From assembly GCA_044225175.1 (NCBI GenBank), contig JBGAJA010000001.1, positions 70,994 through 134,993 of the forward strand: a DNA stretch of 64,000 nucleotides. The letters are read 5' to 3'. The translations under genes were made by a program, and so were the position numbers. Shown piece by piece: positions 21,523 through 31,145 of this stretch. The DNA comes from Candidatus Omnitrophota bacterium (lineage in GTDB: Bacteria; Omnitrophota; Gorgyraeia; Zapsychrales; Fredricksoniimonadaceae). Position 1 is the first letter of the stretch. Each line of letters starts with the position of its first letter. The notes beneath the pieces are model-generated. The model was not told the origin of the DNA and ran no database searches. It saw only the letters and a list, made by a program, of their open reading frames with translations.

Positions 21523-21945
21523 ATGAGCTTAAATAGTGTGAATATTATGGGGAACTTAACAAGAGATCCGGAGATCAGATTTACACCAGCGGGAAAAGGA
21601 GTTTGCAGCCTGTCTATTGCTAATAACCGTGTCTATACAAAGAATAATGAGAAAGTAACAGAAGTCTCCTATTTTGATGTCGAAGTCTGGGGACCCACGG
21701 CGGATAATTGTGTAAAATATTTGAAAAAGGGAAGTGGCATTATTGTCGAAGGTCGTCTGAAACAAGATCGTTGGGAAAAAGACGGCAAGACACAAAGCAG
21801 GGTCAGAATCACAGCCAATAGCATTCATTTTATGCCTAAACGTGCAGATGAGGGTTCAGGTCAGTATGCCAGATCTGAAGCTGGACAATCAAGCCCATCT
21901 AATGAAGAGACGATTAATCCTGAAGATATAGCTTGGCAGGAATAG
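21523..21945 (+). CDS. ssb: Single-stranded DNA-binding protein
   Basis: LNSVNIMGNLTRDPE, EVWG, VEGRL. Confidence 0.96.
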   Translation: MSLNSVNIMGNLTRDPEIRFTPAGKGVCSLSIANNRVYTKNNEKVTEVSYFDVEVWGPTADNCVKYLKKGSGIIVEGRLKQDRWEKDGKTQSRVRITANSIHFMPKRADEGSGQYARSEAGQSSPSNEETINPEDIAWQE

Positions 21946-21949
21946 TTTA

Positions 21950-22330
21950 ATGAGCCTTTCACAGAAGATTTGTCAATTATGGCTCCCGGTTTTTGTTTGG
22001 GCTGGCCTTATCTTTTTTCTTTCCAACATTCCTAACTTAAAGTCAGGTTTAGACGAAGATTTTATACTTAGAAAGTTCGCCCACGTTCTTGAGTATCTTA
22101 TTTTGACCTTTCTTTTATGGCGTGCATTTAAGAATTCGTTCTCCTTAAATCAAGTTTCCCTTATGGTATATCCGGCACTGATTTCTGTGCTATATGCAGC
22201 CAGCGATGAGTTTCATCAAACATTTGTTCAAGGAAGACATGGTTGTTTGAATGATGTTTTGATTGATAGCATAGGTATTTTTGGCCTTTTTCTGGCCTTA
22301 AAATTGATTCCCCGCCACTCCCAAGTGTGA
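21950..22330 (+). CDS. VanZ-family membrane protein
   Basis: RKFAHVLEY, YAASDEFHQTFVQGR, DVLID. Confidence 0.9.
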   Translation: MSLSQKICQLWLPVFVWAGLIFFLSNIPNLKSGLDEDFILRKFAHVLEYLILTFLLWRAFKNSFSLNQVSLMVYPALISVLYAASDEFHQTFVQGRHGCLNDVLIDSIGIFGLFLALKLIPRHSQV

Positions 22331-22342
22331 GTTTCTCAAAAT

Positions 22343-22371
22343 TTGCACTATATAAATATATAGTCTATACT
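22343..22371 (+). promoter_or_regulatory. Promoter of the giant gene
   Basis: TTGCAC(22343-22348)-17-TATACT(22366-22371)-9 nt-ATG(22381). Confidence 0.65.
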
Positions 22372-22380
22372 TCCACCATC

Positions 22381-25300
22381 ATGAAAAGAGTTATCTCAGT
22401 ACTTACTTTGGCGTGTTTCTTTGCCACAGGACAGATAGGAATTTGTCCGGTTTCTGCCCAAGAAACATTTGTGCTTCCCAAGTCTGGAGAGTTTGTCCCT
22501 TTAAGCTCTAATTTTAATCCTATTGTCATGCGAGGACTTCGCATCGATCCTAAAAATCCATTTCGTTTCAGCTTCTTGGTTGATGAAGGCGATTCCAAAT
22601 TTAAAGAAAAAGATTTCAAAGAGGAAGCCCAAAAGGTCATCAAGTATTTTTTGACATCTCTGACCATCCCCGATGATGATTTATGGGTCAATTTGTCCCC
22701 CTATGAGAAAAACCGCATTATTCCTACAGAGTTTGGAAAGACCGAAATGGGCCGGGACCTTTTAGCCCAAGACTATATCCTCAAACAAATCACCGCTTCA
22801 CTCATTTATCCTGAAAAAGAGTTAGGTAAGACGTTCTGGAACAAGGTTTATAAACTAGCTAAAGAAAAATATGGCTCAGCAAATATCCCGATCAACACTT
22901 TTAATAAAGTCTGGATTGTTCCTAATCAGGCAACAGTTTATGAGCATAAGGGTACGGCTTTTGTAATGAATTATCATTTGAAGGTAATGCTGGAGGAGGA
23001 TTATTTGGCATTGAATAAACATTCTGGTGTCATTGCGAGCGAAGCGAAGCAATCTTTTAAAAAGATTGCCGCGTCGCCTTCAGTTCCTCGCAATGACACG
23101 CATAGTGTTGCCTTTCAAATCATCCGAGATATTATCCTCCCCGAACTCGAAAAAGAAGTCAACGCTGGCAAAAATTTCGCCCCCTTACATCAGATATTCT
23201 ATTCATTGATTTTGGCGACTTGGTATAAGACAAAGGTCAAACAAGATCTTTTAAATCAGGTTTATGCGGATAAGAAGAAAATTGAGGGAATTAAATACTC
23301 AACGCCAACCAGGAGACATGTTCGAAACAAGAACAACAGGAACGTGTCCCCAGGCAGCCTGCCAAGCAAAACAGGGTTGAATATGGAAGCGACCCAGAGG
23401 AACGAACCATTTGATGTTGAAACCATCTACCAACAATACCTCCAAGCCTTCAAAAAAGGTGTTTATAACTATATCAAAGATGAAATCGACCCTCTGACAC
23501 AACAGATTGTTCCCAGGAAGTACTTCTCGGGTGGGGTTGTTGGTCATGTTGCTCCTAAATCCATTCAAACGGTCGGAGCTGAGGCTCTTAAACCTGATGT
23601 TTTATCAAAGTTTCATTTAAGAAACGTTTCAGGAGATATGGCATTAATTAGCCAAAACTCATCACAAGATAATGACTTTGCTGGGGGATTAATGGGACGG
23701 TGGAAATATGAAAAAGCCATATTAAATCAGCAAAAGGGAACGTTGGTGTTACACAATGCAGTTAGGATCCCTCGTAAAGATGGCATTATTGAACCTGAAT
23801 TTTTTATTAATGGGGAGAATAAACCTCGGGACATTATTTTGAAAATACGAAAACTAAGGTCGAATGAAAGTCATATGCTTTTTAAAGCGTTATGGAGGCC
23901 AGAGGGGATCCCTCACAATGATTACAAATATAGAGAACTAACTCAGACTCTTGTTCGAGACGAATCAGCGATCAAGCATCGTATTTATGGGGCAGCAGTT
24001 GATGGTATTCCTTTTATTCGTGAAGATATTTTTTTACAGGGTAACAAAGAACAAATTCGAGAAGCTTTTGAACATGAGGTGATGGAGCTAGCAGGCTTAT
24101 CTCATGATGCCATACGACAGGCACAATATGCGGGAAATTTACGGCTATTAATCCGTGATTTATCTAGTCGAGACAAGAAAGATATTTTATCCTACTCTGC
24201 TGATGCCAATCGTAATGTGCTGCTTAAGCAATATTTTTCCACTAGGAGAGAGACTCTATTCTTGAGCCGACAGAATAAGGCTACAGCCACATTTACTACA
24301 ATTACTCCTGAATTTCGTTCAGATTCAAAGCCCAATGCTTTATACGATGGAGGACTTGGACGTTTTGGGCGGTTGATGAAAGAATTAGAAGAAAGTGATT
24401 TTATTCATATTAAGACAATCAAGGTCGTGACATCTTCTCAATTTACTCATTTACAAAGTTTATCTTTTTCCGTCAATGGTAAAGAAGTTTATATGTATTT
24501 TGAAGATCCAGAAACTTTGGTTCTCACACAAGGATTGTGGGATCAAATCAAAGAAGGAACAGAGCCAAATTTATATTTTGAAATGGCCAAAGCGCTTATT
24601 TTATTAGCTTGGGCTGGATTTCAGGGGGACTCAGTCGAAGGTTTTGCAGAAGAAATAGGTTCTGAAGAGAGTATGGTGATTTATGATTCGGACAATCAAA
24701 AAGAACAGACTAAGTTAGAAACGTTCTTTTATCTTGACCACATTAAACGTACCAAAGGACCCCTCAACGATACAGCGATTCGTTATTTAGGTTATCTTTT
24801 ATATATGTATGGTTTTGATGGTGGTCGGATGAGTATATTTTCTCCCGAAACTTTAGCAGAAGTATTAGTTAAACAGATCCAACAGATTTATGGAAGTGAA
24901 GTTAGCCTAGAGCATGCCAGGGAAGTTATAAAGTCCGATCAGTTTGACCAACATTTTTATTATAAGAGTATAGAGGATTATAAATCTAAAGAAGTCCAAG
25001 GCGACCCCGGGAGTCAAGAGCAGCTTCATGAGATTTTAAGTATTTTTGAAGATCCTTCTATCCAAGAACGCCTAACCTATGAATTAAAGCATTTTGATAC
25101 GATTTATCCAGGACAAAGATGGCGTATATCAATGATTGAGGACATACGTGGTATGGGTATGTCTGCGAATATGGGAACAAAATTGGTTTTGGATTATCCC
25201 TTGGCAGAAACTGGACATAGACCGCGTCTTTATGTGCTGCCTCCAGAAGGTGGAAAGCCCATTTATGGTCACGATTTTAAAGAATTACCTTCTTACGAAC

Positions 25301-28300
25301 TAGAAGTTAAAGGTGAGTTAGGTGAAAGAAAATCTCTTGGCAATGATTTCATGGTTATTGATGGTCAAACAAGAATGCCATTGAAATTATTTTTGGAAGA
25401 ACGTTTAGATGTTGATCTTAAACGAAGCCAGTATATGTTTGATAATTTATTTATTGTTGAAAATGGTGGAGAAATAGCTCGAAATATAAGAACAGGACAT
25501 CTAGAAATTTATTTTATTGGCAATGAAAAGAATTCCAGTGTGAATTTTGAAACAGGTATTATCAATGGTGCTAACATTGCGAGAGAAGAAGAGGAAGAGC
25601 AGGATGAGAAGGAGTCGTGGCAGCAAACATTTAATCCTTTATATGCCCCAACCGATGATCCTGATATTGAATTAGCTTTGAGGTATCATTTCCATCCGAC
25701 AAAATATAAGCCCATTATTTCTTCAGGTGATATTGATTCTAAGATTAATGAAATCTATAGAACAAACCATCAAAGCTCATCTCTGCCTGAACTCATTATC
25801 AATTTTAATCAAGAAGGACGCCTTTATTTGCCAAGGGCCAATATTAATTGGAGAAGAGCTCTCAAAGTTTTGAAGCAAATTACTAAACATCATGGCTGGG
25901 AAGATACCAGATATTTTAATGATGATGGACAAGCTGAACGTTGGGAGCGTCAAAGTTTAGAGTTTGAGAAAGAAGTGGCAAGGTTTTTTGATATTGTATC
26001 TCTGAAATTTAATGATGATGGTAGTGTGAAAGAATGGAAAATGCTTGAGAAAGCAGATTCTGCCATGGGAGCTCATGAGTCGGATCAGCCGATTATTCGT
26101 GATGGTGTGGACCAGCGTGCTTATCTAGAACAAGTACTGGGCTCTTTGCCTGGACCAAAACCGACTGTTGTGATGGCAGATGAAAAAAATAATCAACCTA
26201 TAGATCCTCAACCTTACAGGGGTGGAGGAGTATTCCAAAGAGAATTTAATACCATGCTTAATTCCCAGGATATTTTTGTTCTCTATGGTTATTGGGAATC
26301 GATTAAAAGAGTAGCGCAAGCTTTTGGAGAAACAGAGGAGAAATATCGTCAAAAGGAAAATATTAAGATTGTTTTAAATGGCCAGGGGCTGGTAGGTGTG
26401 TGGAACGTTCCAGAAGGAGTTAATGCTGTCATTCAAGAAATATTCTTAACAAAAAGTTTAACTGTGCCTGTTTTAGCCAATATTGTTCCATTGACAAGTA
26501 TCATTGATTTTTATCGTCAAAATAATCCTTTTGCCAAAGAAATATTAACAACATATATCGATAGTCTTCTTTCTCATAGTGCTGAACCTATTTTATCTTA
26601 TCCGATATTTCAATCTATTATAGATCACCTTATGAAACGTCATGACGAAGGGGAGACTCGAAAGAAAAATGCCAAAAAAAGAAGTGATCCGAATGAGTAT
26701 AAAATAGATCAAGAAAATCGAGAATTTGAAACGATTATAACTCGAGTATTGAGATTATTGACACCCGAGACTTTGAGGGGCTATTTACGTCAGTTTGTGA
26801 TTGATCGTCATTTAGATAGCGGTAGTATTAGAGAATATTTTCCAGTTATTTTGCAAGATCATAATGAAGAAAGAAAAGTCCAAGATATGTTGTGGGACAT
26901 TTATCTCGATGCGCGTAATAATCCTCAACAGAACATATTATTTGCCAAAACACTCATCCATCATCTGAGTTCAAGTGTAGGAAATTCTCAAGCCGTGGGA
27001 TGGATTTATCGTATTTTGTCAGAGGGCAATTTAGAGCATTCCCACAAAGCCATTCGTATTTTATTAGGAATGAACATTAATAAAGATGACCAAAGACAAT
27101 TGTTTTATCTGATAAAAACTACCAGCCCTTATCAAGATATTCTAGCTGCATATACCTTGGCCCACGTTAAAATATTTGGTATGGAGACTCAAACAACCCG
27201 AGGAGGTTCGAGTAATTTCGAACGTGATGGTCTCATGTCTCTTCAATCGGAGGAAACGCGTAATATGTATTACTATCTTATGAATATCGATGCGATCTTA
27301 AAGAAAGGAGGGGTCGCTGATCGTGATGTCGACCATAGGATTTTTCAATATGCAGCAGCACTTGATGAATATGCCGAATATCCAGGTCAGTTTGGTCATA
27401 CATGGTTTTCTAATTTACGACAGAAAATTCATAGGGCAGTTAATCGCAATGATCTGTATCGTATTGAAGGAATTCTGCGTTTTTGGCAGAATCTTGACCC
27501 GCAAGTTTTTGCCAGGATCTCAGAAAAAAGGAAGTTTCCATGGGAGACATCTACAGAAATTGCCAAAGATTTCGATAAAGATGATTACTCTAGGATCTTG
27601 AACAATCTATTGGCTTCTCTTATTCATCAAGGTGACATTAATCCTGGTTTAGATATGATTGAACAGCTTACGCATCTTGAGAAAAATTATGTCATAGAAA
27701 AATTAAAAGAGGCAAATTTAAAAGAAGATAATATTAGGGTTGAGAAAGTCGAACATATGTTGAATTTATATTTTGCATTGAGTCAAAAATTTACAACCAA
27801 TATTCCCAGCATTATTCAGGGAATTAATGACCTGCAGGAGAGCAAAGCAAATTACCTTGGATTTTGTCGTCAAGAGTATAGTGCTTTAAAGAGAGCTTTG
27901 AAAGGTCAGGATGAGCAAGTGGTTCTTGAAGCGGTCGTCAACTTACGGTTGGCCATTAGAAATGATTACTTAACTCATCCTATGCCAAACGAAGATGATC
28001 GAGAAAGCCGTGACAATGAATCTTATAGAAGAGAGAAGCTTGGTCAATTGGACCATGATTTGCATATTTTGGGTCGTTATTATTTAAATAATGTGTTTAG
28101 TCAAACTATTCAACATGTGCTTACCCTGGATGACATTCGATCTAACACGAGTGTTTTAATTTCTGTAGCTAAGTTCATCCAATCTGAAGGATTAGGAGGA
28201 GTAGATTTAGAACAATTTATAGAACAAATGCAGGAAGGTAATCTGAGTCATTCCCAATGGCATGATCTCATTCGTGCTTTACAGACACAAGTTTTAAAAA

Positions 28301-30381
28301 TAGTTCAACAGATCGATAAAAACATACGTTTTGTCACCCCACATATGCTGCAAGCAGAAAATTCTTTGGATATTCGTTGGCAAGGTCTTTCGAAATTTGA
28401 AAAAATCCCTACAGGACATGGGTGGGACAGAGAAGTTTTGACTGAGCAGAGTAAAAAAGACATAGAAAATGCTTTGGTCGATGAATTAATTCGAGAAGCT
28501 GGATTGGATGTTTTTAAAGCCTCTTTAACTCAATTTGATCAAATTCTTGAAAATCAGCCTGCTGAGCAAGAATCCGCACAGCCTTTACCCGTAGATACTA
28601 CTACTCCTCATGCTTTAGATCGTTACTTCTTACATTTTGGGCAAGGTAATATATCTTCCACGCAGAGACTTCTTCTATCTTTATGGAGCAAAAAAGGCTT
28701 GAATTTGGTCCGTATGAGTCAAAGAGGCATTGCTGTTCCTCCTGGCGTTGTTGTGAGTTCAGAGCTCATGACCCGTCCTGATATTATTCATTCCGAGCCT
28801 TTTAAGAAGAAGGTCATGACTGAGATAGACGAGCTACGCAAGCATTCGAAATATCCGGATTTGAAATTACTTTTATATGCCCGTAGTGGTTCTGCATTTA
28901 TGTTGCCTGGGCTCTTGAGTACTATTGCCAATATTGGGATGAATGACAAAGAAGCTAGTGAATTAGAAGCAAGCACAAAAGACACTTGGTTTGCCTATGA
29001 CACTTATGCCTCTTTTATCCGTTCTTTTGGAATGTATGTGTTTGGGATTGAGGAGAAGTTCTTCCAAGAAGTCTTTAATATGTACACCAAGGACAAGGTC
29101 TCTGGAGAACGAATGAAGCAGGTGGTTGAACAATACAAGGAAGTCATTGGTAAGCATGGGGGCGGTAAACAAATACCTGAAACTATGATTGATCAAGTCA
29201 TTATGGCTATGGAAGCTGTCTACGCTTCCTGGGATTCACCCAATGCCAAAGAATACCGTCAAAGGCATCGTATCTCTCAATCATGGGGCACAGTTGTCAT
29301 TCTCCAAAAAGGTGTATTTGGTAATATTCAAAAGACGCATGATGGAAAGATTTCAGGAGCTGGAAGTGCCAGTTTAATGACAGCGCCAGATGGACAGCCA
29401 ATCATTCAAGGGGAGTTTCGATATCAAGCTCAAGGAGACCAAATCATGAGCGGGGCTGATCAAAATACTGTTTCTTTAAACCAAAGAGAATCATCTCTCC
29501 AAAATGGGCAAACATTTGAACAGCTTAATCCAGAGCTTTATAAGAAAGTCCTTCAAGAAGCCCTACGGTTAAAACAAATCTTTGGCCATGACCAATTGAT
29601 TGAATTTGTCATTGAGCGGGGGGATGTTTGGATCACGCAAAGCAATGATGACTTTATGAGAGAAGACTTTCCTGAATTTGCTGAGCAAACGACAAATGGG
29701 CCTATTGTTCGCGGCAAAGGATTAAGCGGGGGCGCTGTTCGTGGATGGGCTGCTCATACAGTGGAAAAAGCCACGGAATTAATGGCCCGATATCAGCATT
29801 TGAAACAAACGAGCCCTCAAGAAGTTAAAGATGTGGATGGTGTGATTTTACTTCTAGATCGCATTAATCCTGAAATGATCAGCCAAATCCCAAAAGGGGT
29901 TCATATTCTAGCCAAAAAGCTTTCCGTCCATGCTGTATCATTGGCCCAAGAGTCAGGTATTAGTGTTGTAGCTGAAGTTCCAGATGACAAAATGATTTTT
30001 GATATCGCAAAGAAAGAATGGGTCATTGCAGGGCGCTTTATATCTGATGGCCAGGTCTTGAGTATGGATGGCCACAGAAATCAACTTGCCTATCATCAAA
30101 GCGGAAATATTTATTTGGGAAGTGTTCCTATTGCTAAAGAAGAAGAGGTAAATCAAGCTTCTACTGATGATCACGCCATGAATAGTCAACAAACACCTGG
30201 CGGTATCGATTTAACCTCTAAAAGGTATAAGATTCTCATCAAGAGCGATGGTCAGGAGATAGCAATGGATTTTAATCCCGCCATGATCCATGATTTAAAT
30301 TTCGACGGCCTAGAGTTCCACATTAACCACATACAACCCATACCAAATCCCCGAGAATTTTTGCTAGAAATCTCTAAATAA
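22381..30381 (+). CDS. Giant secreted modular protein: conserved N-terminal domain, metalloprotease-like segment, PPDK-like dikinase module, C-terminal GGIDL tail
   Basis: Signal peptide MKRVISVLTLACFFATGQ...VSA-Q; WVNLSPYE...RKYFSGG domain; HEVME, HFHP..SSGD; KGLNL, RSGS..LPG, QAQGD, IEF, SVHA; PGGIDL. Confidence 0.85.
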   Translation: MKRVISVLTLACFFATGQIGICPVSAQETFVLPKSGEFVPLSSNFNPIVMRGLRIDPKNPFRFSFLVDEGDSKFKEKDFKEEAQKVIKYFLTSLTIPDDDLWVNLSPYEKNRIIPTEFGKTEMGRDLLAQDYILKQITASLIYPEKELGKTFWNKVYKLAKEKYGSANIPINTFNKVWIVPNQATVYEHKGTAFVMNYHLKVMLEEDYLALNKHSGVIASEAKQSFKKIAASPSVPRNDTHSVAFQIIRDIILPELEKEVNAGKNFAPLHQIFYSLILATWYKTKVKQDLLNQVYADKKKIEGIKYSTPTRRHVRNKNNRNVSPGSLPSKTGLNMEATQRNEPFDVETIYQQYLQAFKKGVYNYIKDEIDPLTQQIVPRKYFSGGVVGHVAPKSIQTVGAEALKPDVLSKFHLRNVSGDMALISQNSSQDNDFAGGLMGRWKYEKAILNQQKGTLVLHNAVRIPRKDGIIEPEFFINGENKPRDIILKIRKLRSNESHMLFKALWRPEGIPHNDYKYRELTQTLVRDESAIKHRIYGAAVDGIPFIREDIFLQGNKEQIREAFEHEVMELAGLSHDAIRQAQYAGNLRLLIRDLSSRDKKDILSYSADANRNVLLKQYFSTRRETLFLSRQNKATATFTTITPEFRSDSKPNALYDGGLGRFGRLMKELEESDFIHIKTIKVVTSSQFTHLQSLSFSVNGKEVYMYFEDPETLVLTQGLWDQIKEGTEPNLYFEMAKALILLAWAGFQGDSVEGFAEEIGSEESMVIYDSDNQKEQTKLETFFYLDHIKRTKGPLNDTAIRYLGYLLYMYGFDGGRMSIFSPETLAEVLVKQIQQIYGSEVSLEHAREVIKSDQFDQHFYYKSIEDYKSKEVQGDPGSQEQLHEILSIFEDPSIQERLTYELKHFDTIYPGQRWRISMIEDIRGMGMSANMGTKLVLDYPLAETGHRPRLYVLPPEGGKPIYGHDFKELPSYELEVKGELGERKSLGNDFMVIDGQTRMPLKLFLEERLDVDLKRSQYMFDNLFIVENGGEIARNIRTGHLEIYFIGNEKNSSVNFETGIINGANIAREEEEEQDEKESWQQTFNPLYAPTDDPDIELALRYHFHPTKYKPIISSGDIDSKINEIYRTNHQSSSLPELIINFNQEGRLYLPRANINWRRALKVLKQITKHHGWEDTRYFNDDGQAERWERQSLEFEKEVARFFDIVSLKFNDDGSVKEWKMLEKADSAMGAHESDQPIIRDGVDQRAYLEQVLGSLPGPKPTVVMADEKNNQPIDPQPYRGGGVFQREFNTMLNSQDIFVLYGYWESIKRVAQAFGETEEKYRQKENIKIVLNGQGLVGVWNVPEGVNAVIQEIFLTKSLTVPVLANIVPLTSIIDFYRQNNPFAKEILTTYIDSLLSHSAEPILSYPIFQSIIDHLMKRHDEGETRKKNAKKRSDPNEYKIDQENREFETIITRVLRLLTPETLRGYLRQFVIDRHLDSGSIREYFPVILQDHNEERKVQDMLWDIYLDARNNPQQNILFAKTLIHHLSSSVGNSQAVGWIYRILSEGNLEHSHKAIRILLGMNINKDDQRQLFYLIKTTSPYQDILAAYTLAHVKIFGMETQTTRGGSSNFERDGLMSLQSEETRNMYYYLMNIDAILKKGGVADRDVDHRIFQYAAALDEYAEYPGQFGHTWFSNLRQKIHRAVNRNDLYRIEGILRFWQNLDPQVFARISEKRKFPWETSTEIAKDFDKDDYSRILNNLLASLIHQGDINPGLDMIEQLTHLEKNYVIEKLKEANLKEDNIRVEKVEHMLNLYFALSQKFTTNIPSIIQGINDLQESKANYLGFCRQEYSALKRALKGQDEQVVLEAVVNLRLAIRNDYLTHPMPNEDDRESRDNESYRREKLGQLDHDLHILGRYYLNNVFSQTIQHVLTLDDIRSNTSVLISVAKFIQSEGLGGVDLEQFIEQMQEGNLSHSQWHDLIRALQTQVLKIVQQIDKNIRFVTPHMLQAENSLDIRWQGLSKFEKIPTGHGWDREVLTEQSKKDIENALVDELIREAGLDVFKASLTQFDQILENQPAEQESAQPLPVDTTTPHALDRYFLHFGQGNISSTQRLLLSLWSKKGLNLVRMSQRGIAVPPGVVVSSELMTRPDIIHSEPFKKKVMTEIDELRKHSKYPDLKLLLYARSGSAFMLPGLLSTIANIGMNDKEASELEASTKDTWFAYDTYASFIRSFGMYVFGIEEKFFQEVFNMYTKDKVSGERMKQVVEQYKEVIGKHGGGKQIPETMIDQVIMAMEAVYASWDSPNAKEYRQRHRISQSWGTVVILQKGVFGNIQKTHDGKISGAGSASLMTAPDGQPIIQGEFRYQAQGDQIMSGADQNTVSLNQRESSLQNGQTFEQLNPELYKKVLQEALRLKQIFGHDQLIEFVIERGDVWITQSNDDFMREDFPEFAEQTTNGPIVRGKGLSGGAVRGWAAHTVEKATELMARYQHLKQTSPQEVKDVDGVILLLDRINPEMISQIPKGVHILAKKLSVHAVSLAQESGISVVAEVPDDKMIFDIAKKEWVIAGRFISDGQVLSMDGHRNQLAYHQSGNIYLGSVPIAKEEEVNQASTDDHAMNSQQTPGGIDLTSKRYKILIKSDGQEIAMDFNPAMIHDLNFDGLEFHINHIQPIPNPREFLLEISK
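23027..23099. repeat. Palindromic REP/MITE-like element, copy 1, in frame inside the giant CDS
   Basis: 13-bp TIR GTGTCATTGCGAG/CTCGCAATGACAC; inner hairpin GCAATCTTTT-A-AAAAGATTGC. Confidence 0.9.
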
Positions 30382-30399
30382 AGGTCTGAGCTTCGAAAG

Positions 30400-30428
30400 T
30401 TGACGCTCGTTACCTTTTATGTTACTTT
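30400..30428 (+). promoter_or_regulatory. Promoter for the yggS-proC operon
   Basis: TTGACG(30400-30405)-17-TACTTT(30423-30428) with extended TG. Confidence 0.6.
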
Positions 30429-30437
30429 ATGACCCTT

Positions 30438-31145
30438 ATGGTTAAAGAAAATGTGTTAAAAGTTCTCTCGCAGCTTCAGGATGCTTGTCGTGAAGCTGGA
30501 CGAAATCCTCAAGAAGTGACACTTGTTGCAGTCACGAAATATGCTCCTTTAGAGGCTATCCAGGATTCCATTGATGCGGGTATTTTGAATATCGCTGAAA
30601 ATAGAGTCCAGGAAGCTGAAAAAAAATTTCCACTTCTATTAGCCAAAAATCCTCAAGTACGTTCCCATATCATTGGACATTTACAGACAAATAAGGCCAA
30701 AGATGCCATCAAAGTCTGTTCTTTGATCCAATCTGTAGACAGTTTGAAGCTAGCCCAAGAAATTGAAAAGCAAGCTGCTAAACTTAATCAAGTTACCGAA
30801 ATATTAGTTCAATTCAATACCGCCCGTGAAGAACAGAAGTTTGGGGCCCAATCAGAGGAAGCGGCTGCTTTGATTGAAGCGATTTCCAAATTAGAACATG
30901 TAGCCATTAAAGGATTCATGGGAATGGCCCCTTTTACTGAAGACCAGGGGATTATCCGTAAGACATTCGCGGATTTGCGTGCGATTCGTGACAAAATTCA
31001 TTCACAGTTCTCAGGTCATCCTCGAATCGATACGCGAATTTTGTCGATGGGGATGAGTGGAGACTACAAAATAGCTATTCAAGAAGGTTCAACCATGATT
31101 CGAGTGGGGAGCGCCATCTTTAAAGAGGTCATGCAAAATGCTTAA
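30438..31145 (+). CDS. yggS: PLP homeostasis protein (YggS/PLPBP)
   Basis: LVAVTK, ENRVQE, HIIGHLQTNK, LSMGMSGDY, IRVGSAIF; ATG 30438 preferred over 30429 given the promoter position. Confidence 0.95.
   Translation: MVKENVLKVLSQLQDACREAGRNPQEVTLVAVTKYAPLEAIQDSIDAGILNIAENRVQEAEKKFPLLLAKNPQVRSHIIGHLQTNKAKDAIKVCSLIQSVDSLKLAQEIEKQAAKLNQVTEILVQFNTAREEQKFGAQSEEAAALIEAISKLEHVAIKGFMGMAPFTEDQGIIRKTFADLRAIRDKIHSQFSGHPRIDTRILSMGMSGDYKIAIQEGSTMIRVGSAIFKEVMQNA

Noticed and set aside
22327-22380. N-terminal extension of the giant ORF, and similar extensions of trpA, ileS, rluA, recN and the IMPase
   Set aside because: They overlap promoters or upstream genes; downstream ATGs give canonical N-termini or signal peptides
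28681-30168. Calling the giant protein ppdK
   Set aside because: It lacks the PEP/pyruvate-binding barrel, has substitutions in catalytic motifs and sits in a secreted multidomain protein
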